Positions 41,170-41,513 of a stretch of 41,513 nucleotides of DNA are shown here, in pieces. Under the pieces are notes generated by a model, which was not told where the DNA came from, did not search any database, and was given only the letters and a program-made list of their open reading frames with translations. Within the stretch, counting starts at the first letter, position 1; every line of letters starts with the position of its first letter. Made by a program: the position numbers and the translations under genes. This DNA is from an uncultured Alcaligenaceae bacterium (GTDB taxonomy: Bacteria; Pseudomonadota; Gammaproteobacteria; Burkholderiales; JACQAP01): the NCBI GenBank assembly GCA_964650365.1, contig CAZYTR010000090.1:1-41513 (forward strand), given 5' to 3'.

Positions 41170-41239
41170 CGCCTCTCGCCTCACGCCTCTCGCCTCACGC
41201 CTCTCGCCTCACGCCTCTCGCCTCACGCCTCACGCCTCA
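41170..41239. repeat. ten tandem heptamers CGCCTCT/CGCCTCA in the pntAA-pntAB spacer
   Basis: Four copies of the 14-mer CGCCTCTCGCCTCA are followed by two extra CGCCTCA. The last unit contains the pntAA stop codon (TGA on the minus strand, 41239-41237). Confidence 0.9.
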
Positions 41240-41513
41240 CGCCTTCTTAACTAGTTCCCCGCCAATGCATACCAGCGAACCGGCGATGATCTCGTCCTCG
41301 CGGTTAAGTTTCAGCTGCCCGGTCTTGGGGTCCAGCAACAGGTTGAGGAAGTTGAGCAAGTTGCGCGCATACAGCGCGCTGGCGTCTGCAGGCACCAGTG
41401 CCGGCAGATTGGCGATGCCGATGATCTGCACGCCGTGTTTGATTACGGTCTTGTCCAGCTCCGAGAGCGGGCAGTTGCCACCCTGCTCCACCGCCATGTC
41501 GACGATCACCGAG
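41237..41513 (-). CDS. pntA: NAD(P) transhydrogenase subunit alpha part 1, C-terminal fragment (gene continues beyond the window)
   Basis: The sequence ...IVDMAVEQGGNCPLS......HGV.IIG..NLP...P.DAS.LYARNLLNFL is typical of the PntAA dI domain. It is truncated by the window edge. Confidence 0.85.
   Translation of the reverse strand, partial: SVIVDMAVEQGGNCPLSELDKTVIKHGVQIIGIANLPALVPADASALYARNLLNFLNLLLDPKTGQLKLNREDEIIAGSLVCIGGELVKKA

Noticed and set aside
1-41513. Prophage, integrative element or defence island. I searched for integrase, transposase, recombinase, tRNA genes and restriction, Cas, abortive-infection or other defence-type domains.
   Set aside because: No such genes or tRNA-like sequences were recognisable. 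The direct 47-nt repeats at 27.2 and 39.3 kb flank core genes (ilvD, tsaE, amiC), so they are unlikely to be attL/attR of an island.

Overview
High-G+C proteobacterial chromosomal segment; G+C was judged by eye and not computed. It is probably betaproteobacterial, based on a DUF3460-type small protein, a split pntAA/pntAB/pntB transhydrogenase, tsaE-amiC, ilvD and ltaE. I can support about 45 protein genes. They mix housekeeping functions (ilvD, ltaE, tsaE, amiC, pnt, oligopeptidase B) with many envelope or exported proteins: OMPLA, a DUF1111 di-heme protein, DsbA-like, a PhoX/DUF839-like protein, an LpoB/YcfL lipoprotein cluster, a signal-peptide-bearing formamidase-family enzyme and several unknown lipoproteins. 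There is also a ParE-type toxin-antitoxin pair at the left edge and a small low-G+C islet at about 7.7-9.1 kb. I found no rRNA, tRNA, CRISPR array, transposase or integrase. The most unusual items follow. (1) A ~1014-aa bitopic protein (35747-38791, minus) joins a small N-terminal domain and a ~500-aa Glu/Arg/Lys-only segment to one TM helix and an AsmA-like periplasmic domain; its DNA contains 24-nt tandem repeats. (2) A 47-nt element occurs twice in the same orientation. One copy abuts the Shine-Dalgarno of an untracked bTHX-like ribosomal protein gene. The other is the right arm of a 24-26 bp inverted repeat that encloses a ~355-bp intergenic unit next to pntB. (3) Period-7 (heptanucleotide) tandem arrays of different sequence sit in at least three intergenic spacers. 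(4) Two long hairpins share GGGGTCAGG...CCTGAC(C/T)CC ends. (5) Two short genes below the 60-aa ORF-track cutoff have good expression signals. All functional calls rest on motif and family recognition from the translated ORFs without any database search. Start codons are often my re-calls, because the ORF track extends to the most upstream ATG/GTG/TTG.
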